Shown here one piece after another: positions 57,063-64,000 of a stretch of 64,000 bases of DNA (within the stretch, counting starts at the first letter, position 1; each line of letters opens with the position of its first letter). The DNA lies in the NCBI GenBank assembly GCA_964570685.1, contig CAZMZC010000011.1, positions 866 through 64,865 of the forward strand. The letters are read 5' to 3'. Source of the DNA: an uncultured Bacteroidaceae bacterium (GTDB taxonomy: Bacteria; Bacteroidota; Bacteroidia; Bacteroidales; Bacteroidaceae). The translations under genes and the position numbers were made by a program. Below the pieces are notes generated by a model that was not told the origin of the DNA, ran no database searches, and saw only the letters and a list, made by a program, of their open reading frames with translations.

Positions 57063-57290
57063 ATCCTTATCGTGTATACTCTATATAATACTTGAATTTG
57101 CAAAGTTATGAATACTTTCGCTTTTTCACAAGACATCAACCCTGAATTCTTTCACCGCCATTTGCAGCAATTAACATCCTTTAGACAATAATAGAGGCTA
57201 CAACTCGCTGCAATCTATCTTTCTTGCCCCACTGCTTTTATTTTTCGCTCGTTTTTTCGTATCTTTGCAATAAATTAGAGAGAGAGTCTT

Positions 57291-57833
57291 ATGAAACATG
57301 CATCACAAGTAATATTTGAACGCAACTCGGTAGAGTTCGTCACCGTAGCGGCAGAGTATTGCGCTTTCATCGAACGCAGCGAAGGACAAAAGCGAGCAGA
57401 GTTTGTAGATACACTGCTCAAGATACTACCTTTATTATATATCAAGGCATCAATGATTCCCGAATGCGAGGTGATGGGCGAAGATGGACTGGAGGCCTTT
57501 GTCACCGAGGATGACTACGAGGTGATACGCTTGAACCTGCAGGAGCTGATGGCCGATCGCGACGACTATCTCGACGTGTTCGTAGAAGACATGAAATACA
57601 GCGACACGCCCATACGCAAGAGCATCGCCGAAGACCTCACGGACATATACCAGGTGGTAAAGGACTTCGTATGCCAGTTCCGCAGCGGACTCAACGAGAC
57701 GATGCACGATGCACTGGCACAGTGCCGAGAGCACTTTATCGGCTATTGGGGACAGACGCTGGTCAACACAATGCGTGCCCTGCACGAGGTGAAATACAAC
57801 AGCACGGAAGAAGAGGAGGAGATAGATGATTGA
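57291..57833 (+). CDS. DUF5063-like protein
   Basis: 180-aa acidic protein that overlaps the next gene by 8 nt (ATGATTGA). The family name is from memory of the conserved pairing with a 3'-5' exonuclease in Bacteroides. Confidence 0.55.
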   Translation: MKHASQVIFERNSVEFVTVAAEYCAFIERSEGQKRAEFVDTLLKILPLLYIKASMIPECEVMGEDGLEAFVTEDDYEVIRLNLQELMADRDDYLDVFVEDMKYSDTPIRKSIAEDLTDIYQVVKDFVCQFRSGLNETMHDALAQCREHFIGYWGQTLVNTMRALHEVKYNSTEEEEEIDD

Positions 57834-58440
57834 GATAGCCAGCAACATCGCCAAAGCAGACATCGCCGAGATGCCCACCGACCTCTTCAGCGGACGCATC
57901 ATCGTGATACATACCGCGGCCGATGTAGAAAAAGCCATGAGCTACCTGAAGAACTTCTCCATTCTGGGCATCGACACGGAGACCCGCCCCAGCTTTGCCA
58001 AAGGCAAGACCTACGAGGTGTCACTGATGCAGGTATCGACCGAAGATACTTGCTTCCTCTTCCGACTCAACTACATAGGTATGCCCAGCGCTCTTATCGA
58101 GTTGCTGCAAAGCAATCAGCTCAAGGTGGGACTCTCACTAAAAGATGACATCCATAGCCTGCATCGCAAACACAGCTTTGAGCCCAACGGATTCCTCGAC
58201 TTGCAAGGCTACGTAAAAGAGATGGGCATCGAAGCACAGAGCCTGCAGAAGATATACGCTCTGCTTTTCAAGAAGAAAATCTCAAAATCGCAGCGACTCA
58301 CCAACTGGGAAGCCGATGTGCTCACCGACCGGCAAAAGGGCTATGCCGCCACAGATGCTTGGGCCTGCATACGTATATATAAGTACCTTGAGGAGCTGAA
58401 ACGCGGACAGGGTTACCGTGTGGTAAGGGTAGAACTTTAA
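57826..58440 (+). CDS. 3'-5' exonuclease (DEDD / RNase D-like domain)
   Basis: 204 aa. ExoI motif LGIDTETRP. Later ...YAATDAWACIRIY (ExoIII-like Y-x3-D context). Confidence 0.8.
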   Translation: MIEIASNIAKADIAEMPTDLFSGRIIVIHTAADVEKAMSYLKNFSILGIDTETRPSFAKGKTYEVSLMQVSTEDTCFLFRLNYIGMPSALIELLQSNQLKVGLSLKDDIHSLHRKHSFEPNGFLDLQGYVKEMGIEAQSLQKIYALLFKKKISKSQRLTNWEADVLTDRQKGYAATDAWACIRIYKYLEELKRGQGYRVVRVEL

Positions 58441-58494
58441 ATTGAGAGTTAAAAATTAAGAATTGGAAATTAGCGACTTAAAGGCTAAAAACAT

Positions 58495-59709
58495 ATGTAC
58501 AAGACCGTATACCTAAAGAAGGGAAAGGAAGAGTCACTTGGACGTTTCCACCCGTGGATATTCTCCGGTGCCATCCACCACATAGCAGGTCGCCCCGAAG
58601 AGGGCGACGTAGTGCGCATCCTCAGTGCCGACGGACGTTTCCTCGCCGTGGGCCACGTGCAGATAGGCAGCATAGCCGTGCGTGTGCTCTCGTTTGAAGA
58701 CATCACCATCGACCGCGCTTTCTGGTTCGAGCGCCTCCGCGCAGCCTACGATGTGCGCAGAAGCATATTCCCTCAATGGAATAATTCAGAATCCAAAATC
58801 CAGAATTCAAAATTGACCAACGCCTTCCGCCTCGTCCACGGCGAGGGCGACGGCCTGCCCGGCTTGGTCATTGACGTATACGACCGCACGGCAGTGATGC
58901 AGGCTCACTCGGTGGGTATGCACGTGAGCCGCCACGAGATTGCTGATGCGCTGGCCGAAGTGCTCGACGGCGTCATCGACAACATCTACTACAAGTCAGA
59001 GACCACGCTGGCCTACAAGGCATCGGAGGATGGAGGAAACGGATTCCTCAAGGGAAGTCTAGCCACAGCCAGCGATATCGCTATAGAGAACGGACTGCGC
59101 TTCCATGTAGACTGGTTAGGCGGACAAAAGACGGGTTTCTTCGTGGACCAACGCGAAAACCGTGCCCTGCTCGAACGCTACTCACAGGGGCGCAAGGTAC
59201 TCAATATGTTCTGCTACACAGGCGGTTTCTCCTTCTACGCCATGCGTGGCGGTGCCGAACTGGTGCACTCGGTAGACTCCTCATCACGCGCCATCGACAT
59301 CACCCGCGCCAATGTGGAGCTCAACTTCCCCGGCGACACGCGCCACGAAGCCTTTGCCGAGGACGCCTTCAAGTACCTCGACCGTATGGGCGACCAGTAC
59401 GACCTCATCATCCTCGACCCACCAGCCTTTGCCAAGCACAAGGATGCCCTGCGCAATGCGCTCATGGGCTACCGCAAGCTCAATGCCAAGGCTTTCGAGA
59501 AGATACGCCCCGGCGGCACCCTCTTCACCTTCTCCTGCTCGCAGGTGGTGACGAAGGACAATTTCCGCACCGCAGTGTTCACCGCTGCTGCCATGTCGGG
59601 CCGTCGTGTACGCATCCTGCACCAGCTCACCCAACCTGCCGACCACCCCGTCAGCATCTACCATCCCGAAGGCGAATACCTCAAAGGACTGGTATTATAC
59701 GTAGAGTAG
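58495..59709 (+). CDS. rlmI: 23S rRNA (cytosine-C5) methyltransferase RlmI-like, class I SAM-dependent
   Basis: 404 aa. N-terminal PUA-like ...GRFHPWIFSGAI..., ...GEGDGLPGLVIDVY..., SAM fold ...VLNMFCYTGGFS..., and DLIILDPPAFAK. Confidence 0.85.
   Translation: MYKTVYLKKGKEESLGRFHPWIFSGAIHHIAGRPEEGDVVRILSADGRFLAVGHVQIGSIAVRVLSFEDITIDRAFWFERLRAAYDVRRSIFPQWNNSESKIQNSKLTNAFRLVHGEGDGLPGLVIDVYDRTAVMQAHSVGMHVSRHEIADALAEVLDGVIDNIYYKSETTLAYKASEDGGNGFLKGSLATASDIAIENGLRFHVDWLGGQKTGFFVDQRENRALLERYSQGRKVLNMFCYTGGFSFYAMRGGAELVHSVDSSSRAIDITRANVELNFPGDTRHEAFAEDAFKYLDRMGDQYDLIILDPPAFAKHKDALRNALMGYRKLNAKAFEKIRPGGTLFTFSCSQVVTKDNFRTAVFTAAAMSGRRVRILHQLTQPADHPVSIYHPEGEYLKGLVLYVE
58781..58819 (+). repeat. In-frame heptamer CAGAATC/CAAAATC word repeat inside rlmI
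   Basis: aataattcagaatccaaaatccagaattcaaaattgacc encodes NNSESKIQNSKL, between the conserved ...AYDVRRSI and ...FRLVHGEGDGLPG segments. Confidence 0.85.
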
Positions 59710-59747
59710 GCCGAAAACCTCACAAAATTATAGATTGCAATTAAAAA

Positions 59748-59778
59748 CTACGGATTGGCTTTTAATCCGTAGCTTTAT
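59748..59778 (+). terminator. Putative terminator after rlmI
   Basis: ctacggatt-ggctttt-aatccgtag (9-bp stem) followed by ctttat. Weak U-tract. Confidence 0.5.
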
Positions 59779-59839
59779 ACCTTCCAAATAGAAAAAAAGC
59801 ATAAAATAGTGTTATAAACACACTTTTTCTTCAAAAAAG

Positions 59840-59870
59840 TTTGCAGGTTTAAAAATAAGCCGTACCTTTG
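59840..59870 (+). promoter_or_regulatory. Promoter of cassette 1: -33 TTTG (59840..59843), -7 TACCTTTG (59863..59870)
   Basis: aagtttgcaggtttaaaaataagccgtacctttgcac. Same layout as the tRNA-Arg promoter. Confidence 0.6.
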
Positions 59871-59874
59871 CACT

Positions 59875-59941
59875 GTGTTTTTCATGGTATTAGATTTTTA
59901 AAGTTGGAAGATTGGTCGTCGGGATGACGACCTTCTTTTTT
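59875..59941 (+). ncRNA. Candidate small RNA, copy 1 (~65 nt, own promoter and intrinsic terminator)
   Basis: gtgtttttcatggtattagatttttaaagttggaagattggtcgtcgggatgacgaccttcttttttt. Terminator ggtcgtc-gggat-gacgacc plus a U-run. 65 nt identical to copy 2. Confidence 0.5.
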
Positions 59942-60085
59942 ATATCCCCCTACTCGGCAAACCCTTCTTTTCGTAATTATTTTTCACTTTCCATCTCAAA
60001 TACCTACGAAAATGTAAATTTTAGTCTAAAACATAAGAGCAAAGCGTTAAAAAGTGTAAGTTCGACACTTTTTTCTTCGAAAAAG

Positions 60086-60116
60086 TTTGCTGGTATAAAA
60101 AAAAACTGTACCTTTG
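60086..60116 (+). promoter_or_regulatory. Promoter of cassette 2: -33 TTTG (60086..60089), -7 TACCTTTG (60109..60116)
   Basis: aagtttgctggtataaaaaaaaactgtacctttgcat. Confidence 0.6.
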
Positions 60117-60120
60117 CATC

Positions 60121-60188
60121 GTGTTTTTCATGGTATTAGATTTTTAAAGTTGGAAGATTGGTCGTCGGGATGACGACCTTCTTTTATT
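60121..60188 (+). ncRNA. Candidate small RNA, copy 2
   Basis: Identical to 59875..59939 over 65 nt, with the same terminator hairpin (60160..60178) and U-run. The two copies start 246 bp apart. Confidence 0.5.
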
Positions 60189-60329
60189 TTAAGCCTACAC
60201 CTAACCCTCCCCACTTCTCATCATCCTCGCACGCAAGTCCTTGCAGGATCCTCACACGTAAGGCCAAAACAAAAAAAAGGCAGGACACCCATGGTGCCCT
60301 ACCCTATCATACACATAGCTGTTGCTCTG

Positions 60330-61631
60330 TCAGCGTATCAGCTTGAAGGTCTTGTCGCCTTGGCGCACCACGTAGATGCCCGCAGGCAGATTATCCGTAG
60401 AGGTACCTACCAGCACGCCATTAAGGTTGTATACCTGCAGGGCATCATGATGCCTAAGCACTGTGCCAATCGAGGTGTTCACATTCTGATAGTCGCCATA
60501 GACAATACGATGACCATAAGTATACTCTGCCGAGATGAGTTGACCGATGCTGTTGTACGTGGGAGTCCAGTCCTCACCAATCATCTCCGTGAGGTTGCCG
60601 TCGGCATCGTAAGTGTAGGTGAAGCGGTTGCCGGCACCCAGCTCGCCATCGTAGTAACGCTCGAAGGAGAGTTCGTTGCCCCGCTCGTCGCACTTGCGCT
60701 CGGCATACTCGGTAGAGATTTCCTTCTCGGTAATCTCGCCATTCTCGTCGCCATCGTTATGGATGACAAACTGCTCGCGGTAGCTGCCGTTGTCATCGAG
60801 CGACACATAGGTGTGTATCTCCTTCTTCTTGGTGCCCACGGTATAGTCTATTACCGCCTCAAAGTCGGGCTTGCCCTCCACGTAGGTCACCGTCAAGGTG
60901 CCGGCATGGGTGCTGCCCTTGTAGAGCTCGGCATACTTCATGCGGTTGGGCCCGATGAGCATCGTGTTCACATCCTGATAGAGCTGTCCGTCGGTATCTT
61001 GCCACTGTATATTCTTATAGGTATTGGCACGCCCCCAGGTAGTGACGCCTGTAGCGGCATCGTGGCCCGAGGCCGACTGTATGGAGTAGCTATCGGCCTT
61101 TCCGTCGGCACCATAGGTGATGGTGGTCTTCGTATGGGGCATGATGGCTGCCACGTGTGTGAAGTACGACTTGATGATGATGGAGGTAATATTGCCATCG
61201 GCATTGCGCTCCACTTCACGGAAGTTGCTGCCGTCGGTCATCACCCAGTCCTGCTCCACCTGGTCCCAGGTGTACTTGGCATGCTCCACGTTGAACTCAG
61301 GGGCGATGGGGTCGTAGCCGTCGGTAATCTTCTCTGAGGACTGGTACTCGCCCCAGTCTTCGGAGCCGTACTCAATGACGACGCTCGTCTGCCTGCCCTC
61401 GGCATCGTGCATGAAGGTGCGACGCTCGCTACCTCCGTCCTCGGTCTTTATCTGCAGGTACAGATTGCCGGCGGTATCGTACGTTTTCTTGAGGGTAATC
61501 ATCTTGATCCATCCATCCGTGCCGTACTCATAATACTCCTCGGAGCATGAGCGGATAATGGGGTCGGTGGCCTGTGCCATCAGCACAGCCGTACATAGCA
61601 AGGTGGTTGCAAATAGAGTAAATCTTTTCAT
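60330..61631 (-). CDS. secreted protein with YD-like repeats and T9SS C-terminal sorting domain
   Basis: ORF 60330..61661. I prefer the start at 61631 (MKRFTLFATTLLCTAVLMAQ). Repeats of the type YDTAGNLY, ERNADGNITS, YGADGKADSY, YTYDADGNLTE. CTD ...VYNLNGVLVGTSTDNLPAGIYVVRQGDKTFKLIR. Confidence 0.7.
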   Translation of the reverse strand: MKRFTLFATTLLCTAVLMAQATDPIIRSCSEEYYEYGTDGWIKMITLKKTYDTAGNLYLQIKTEDGGSERRTFMHDAEGRQTSVVIEYGSEDWGEYQSSEKITDGYDPIAPEFNVEHAKYTWDQVEQDWVMTDGSNFREVERNADGNITSIIIKSYFTHVAAIMPHTKTTITYGADGKADSYSIQSASGHDAATGVTTWGRANTYKNIQWQDTDGQLYQDVNTMLIGPNRMKYAELYKGSTHAGTLTVTYVEGKPDFEAVIDYTVGTKKKEIHTYVSLDDNGSYREQFVIHNDGDENGEITEKEISTEYAERKCDERGNELSFERYYDGELGAGNRFTYTYDADGNLTEMIGEDWTPTYNSIGQLISAEYTYGHRIVYGDYQNVNTSIGTVLRHHDALQVYNLNGVLVGTSTDNLPAGIYVVRQGDKTFKLIR

Positions 61632-61968
61632 ATCGTTCTGTCGTTTATAAATAGGGCACAAAGTAACAGCTTTTTTCTCAGATATAAAACAAGTTAACTA
61701 TCTTTTTTACGCATCGTTACAAGAGGTGATGTGCGGGATGTGCAGGGGCGTAATATTTGTCAATGCCACCGCAGCCATGACAAGTTTGTTCGCGCGGGTT
61801 TTGTTGACGAAGCTGTCGAGGCGTCTCTGAAACTCCTCGGCCGCTTTCATCGGAGCAAAGGCATAAAACTCCCCGGTGCGATGAAAGCCTATTCCCTGTT
61901 TTTTATGAGAAAGTAGAAAAAAAAGCTGTACCTTTGTTCGTTAAACAAAACGAAAGGTACACTGCCCT

Positions 61969-62319
61969 ATGAACATAGAAGACATCCGCGAATATTGCTT
62001 GCAGAAGAGCCATACCGATGAGGCCTTCCCGTTTGATGACACCACACTGGTATTCAGGGTAATGGGCAAGATATTTGCCTGCTTTGACCTGAACAACCCC
62101 CGTTTGGTAGTACTGAAGTGTGCCCCCGACTATGCACTGGAGCTGCGCGAACATTACGATGGCATCGAAGGGGCCTGGCACTGGAACAAGAAGTACTGGA
62201 ACCAGATACACCTCGACCGCGATGTGCCCGGCTCGCTCCTGCGCACCCTCATTGACCACTCCTACGAGGAGGTCTGCAAGAAGATTCCGCGGAAGATACG
62301 GGAGCAGTACGCCCAATAA
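61969..62319 (+). CDS. MmcQ/YjbR family DNA-binding protein
   Basis: 116 aa. MNIEDIREYCL...DEAFPFDDTTLVFRVMGKIFACF...WNKKYWNQI is typical of YjbR. TACCTTTG box at 61929..61936. Confidence 0.78.
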   Translation: MNIEDIREYCLQKSHTDEAFPFDDTTLVFRVMGKIFACFDLNNPRLVVLKCAPDYALELREHYDGIEGAWHWNKKYWNQIHLDRDVPGSLLRTLIDHSYEEVCKKIPRKIREQYAQ

Positions 62320-62322
62320 TCC

Positions 62323-63615
62323 CTATCCGATTTTCCCGAAGGCCTGCTCCAGGTCGGCCAAGAGGTCGGCAATATGCTCGGTACCGATGGAGAGCCGGAT
62401 GGTGGAGGGTGTGATGTGCTGCGCCTCCAGTTCCTCGGGCGAGAGCTGCGAGTGGGTGGTGGTATAGGGATGGATGACAAGGCTCTTCACATCGGCCACA
62501 TTGGCCAGCAGGGAGAATATCTGCAGGGAGTCGATAAACTGCCACGCCTCTTCCTGTCCGCCCTTGATTTCGAAGGTGAAGATGCTGGCTGCTCCATAGG
62601 GAAAGTACTTGCTGTACAGGGCGTGGTCGGGGTGCGTGGGGAGCGACGGGTGGTTCACCTTGGCCACTTTGGGGTGATGGGTGAGATAGTCCACCACCTT
62701 CAAGGCATTGGCCACGTGGCGCTCTACGCGGAGCGACAGCGTCTCCAGCCCCTGCAATAGGATGAAGGCGTTGAAGGGCGAGAGCGTGGCCCCTGTGTCG
62801 CGCAGGATGACCGCACGAATGCGGGTGACGAAGGCGGCAGCACCGGCCACATCGGCAAAGACGGCACCGTGGTAGCTTGGGTCGGGCTTGGCCAAGGTAG
62901 GGAACTTATCTGGATAAGCTTTCCAATCGAACTTGCCACCATCTACAATCACACCGCCCAGCGAGGAGCCGTGTCCGCCGATAAACTTGGTGGCAGAGTG
63001 TACCACAATATCGGCACCGTGCTCTATCGGGCGGAAGAGGAAGGGGGTAGCGAAGGTGTTGTCCACGATGAGCGGTATGCCGTGGCGGTGGGCCACGTCG
63101 GCCACAGCCTCGATGTTCGTCACGTCGGAGTTCGGATTGCCGAAGGTCTCTACAAACACCGCCTTGGTATTGGGGCGGATGGCAGCCTCCAGCGCCTCAA
63201 GGTCGCTCATGCTGACGATGCTGTTCGTCACGCCCTGCGTGGCCAGCGTGTGGGTGATGAGGTTGTATGAGCCACCGTAGAGGTTGTCGGCAGCCACCAC
63301 GTGGTCGCCCGTCTGGAGGATGTTTTGCAGGGCATAGGTGATGGCCGCTGCTCCCGAGGCCACGGCAAGTCCCGCCACCCCACCTTCAAGAGCCGCCACG
63401 CGCTCCTCGAACACACCTTGGGTGGAGTTGGTCAAGCGGCCGTAGATGTTGCCGGCATCGCGCAGCCCAAAGCGGTCGGCAGCGTGCTGCGAGTTGCGGA
63501 ACACATACGAGGTAGTCTGATAGATGGGCACGGCGCGTGCATCGGTGGCGGGGTCGGGCTGCTCTTGTCCTACGTGAAGTTGCAGGGTCTCAAAGTGAAG
63601 TTTTGTTCTGTCCAT
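62323..63615 (-). CDS. metY: O-acetylhomoserine aminocarboxypropyltransferase / sulfhydrylase (PLP-dependent)
   Basis: 430 aa. ...ETLQLHVGQE..., PLP-lysine context VVHSATKFIGGHG, and ...HPSLPTHPDHALY... TACCTTTG box on the minus strand at 63662..63669. Confidence 0.9.
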   Translation of the reverse strand: MDRTKLHFETLQLHVGQEQPDPATDARAVPIYQTTSYVFRNSQHAADRFGLRDAGNIYGRLTNSTQGVFEERVAALEGGVAGLAVASGAAAITYALQNILQTGDHVVAADNLYGGSYNLITHTLATQGVTNSIVSMSDLEALEAAIRPNTKAVFVETFGNPNSDVTNIEAVADVAHRHGIPLIVDNTFATPFLFRPIEHGADIVVHSATKFIGGHGSSLGGVIVDGGKFDWKAYPDKFPTLAKPDPSYHGAVFADVAGAAAFVTRIRAVILRDTGATLSPFNAFILLQGLETLSLRVERHVANALKVVDYLTHHPKVAKVNHPSLPTHPDHALYSKYFPYGAASIFTFEIKGGQEEAWQFIDSLQIFSLLANVADVKSLVIHPYTTTHSQLSPEELEAQHITPSTIRLSIGTEHIADLLADLEQAFGKIG

Positions 63616-63795
63616 AGTCGTATTGTTTTTGGTTAATACATTGGTTGAATAATTTCTGCTGCAAAGGTACGATGGGTAGATATTTCACACAAGATGTAAC
63701 CGATTTTTAGAAAATATCACTAAATTTGCACCGCAAAACAGAATAAACAAACCGACTGGAGGGCCTAAATCCCCCGCCAGCAGAATAATTTTCTT

Positions 63796-64000
63796 ATGGA
63801 CACATTAGACAAAGTAGACCTACAGATTCTGCGTACCCTGCAGGAGAATGCCCGCCTCACCACGAAGGAGCTGGCCTCGCGCGTAAGCCTCTCCTCCACT
63901 CCCGTCTTCGAGCGGCTCAAGCGCCTGGAGGGCAACGGATATATCAAGAAATACATCGCCGTGCTCGATGCCGAGAAACTCAACCAAGGCTTCATCGTCT
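63796..64000 (+). CDS. Lrp/AsnC-family transcriptional regulator (5' part; continues beyond the window end)
   Basis: Not in the ORF track (no stop in the window). My translation gives MDTLDKVDLQILRTLQENARLTTKELASRVSLSSTPVFERLKRLEGNGYIKKYIAVLDAEKLNQGFIV. TAAATTTG box at 63721..63728. Confidence 0.85.
   Translation, partial: MDTLDKVDLQILRTLQENARLTTKELASRVSLSSTPVFERLKRLEGNGYIKKYIAVLDAEKLNQGFIV

Noticed and set aside
59912-60346. ORFs 59912..60139 and 60158..60346, both starting MVVGMTTFF.
   Set aside because: The shared start is just the terminator hairpin (ggtcgtcgggatgacgacc) of the duplicated RNA cassette read as protein. The remainder is low-complexity intergenic sequence.
63616-63670. SAM or other riboswitch upstream of metY.
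   Set aside because: The -7 box (comp 63662..63669) leaves a leader of only ~45 nt, A-rich and unstructured. That is too short for any known SAM riboswitch class.

Overview
The window reads as a chromosomal segment of a Bacteroidales (Bacteroidota) bacterium. Support: TAnnTTTG-type -7 promoter boxes, several proteins ending in T9SS C-terminal sorting domains, and pyrG-yidC and ftsK-lolA-trxB synteny. I call about 46 protein genes. Most are housekeeping (dnaK, recA, nagB, ettA, pyrG, yidC, trxB, ftsK, rlmI, metY). The rest include a sialic-acid catabolic cluster (nanA, a fused Kelch-mutarotase/Na+ symporter, an AGE-type epimerase), a blaI/blaR1-like pair, an ECF sigma module next to a large outer-membrane barrel gene, two BspA-type LRR surface proteins, a PL1-like lyase and one tRNA-Arg(ACG). 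I see no transposase, integrase, phage, CRISPR-cas or recognisable defence genes, so I do not claim a new protein-based system. The unusual content is non-coding. (1) Three copies of a family of long imperfect-palindrome elements (about 1.2-1.9 kb, 24.8-25.6 kb, 47.1-47.7 kb), built from inverted arrays of short words around central GATGCGC-containing hairpins. (2) A tandemly duplicated promoter / about 65-nt RNA / terminator cassette (59.84-60.19 kb). (3) A 69-bp direct repeat carrying an ECF-like -35/-10, placed before both the OM-barrel gene and the operon encoding the ECF sigma. (4) Many heptamer word repeats at gene 3' ends, often containing the stop codon, with related blocks in frame inside three CDSs. 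(5) A 204-bp MITE-like insertion that supplies the last 39 codons of blaI. (6) Several long hairpin or inverted-repeat elements inside the ECF module. All functional readings of these elements are inference from sequence. No database search or folding program was available.
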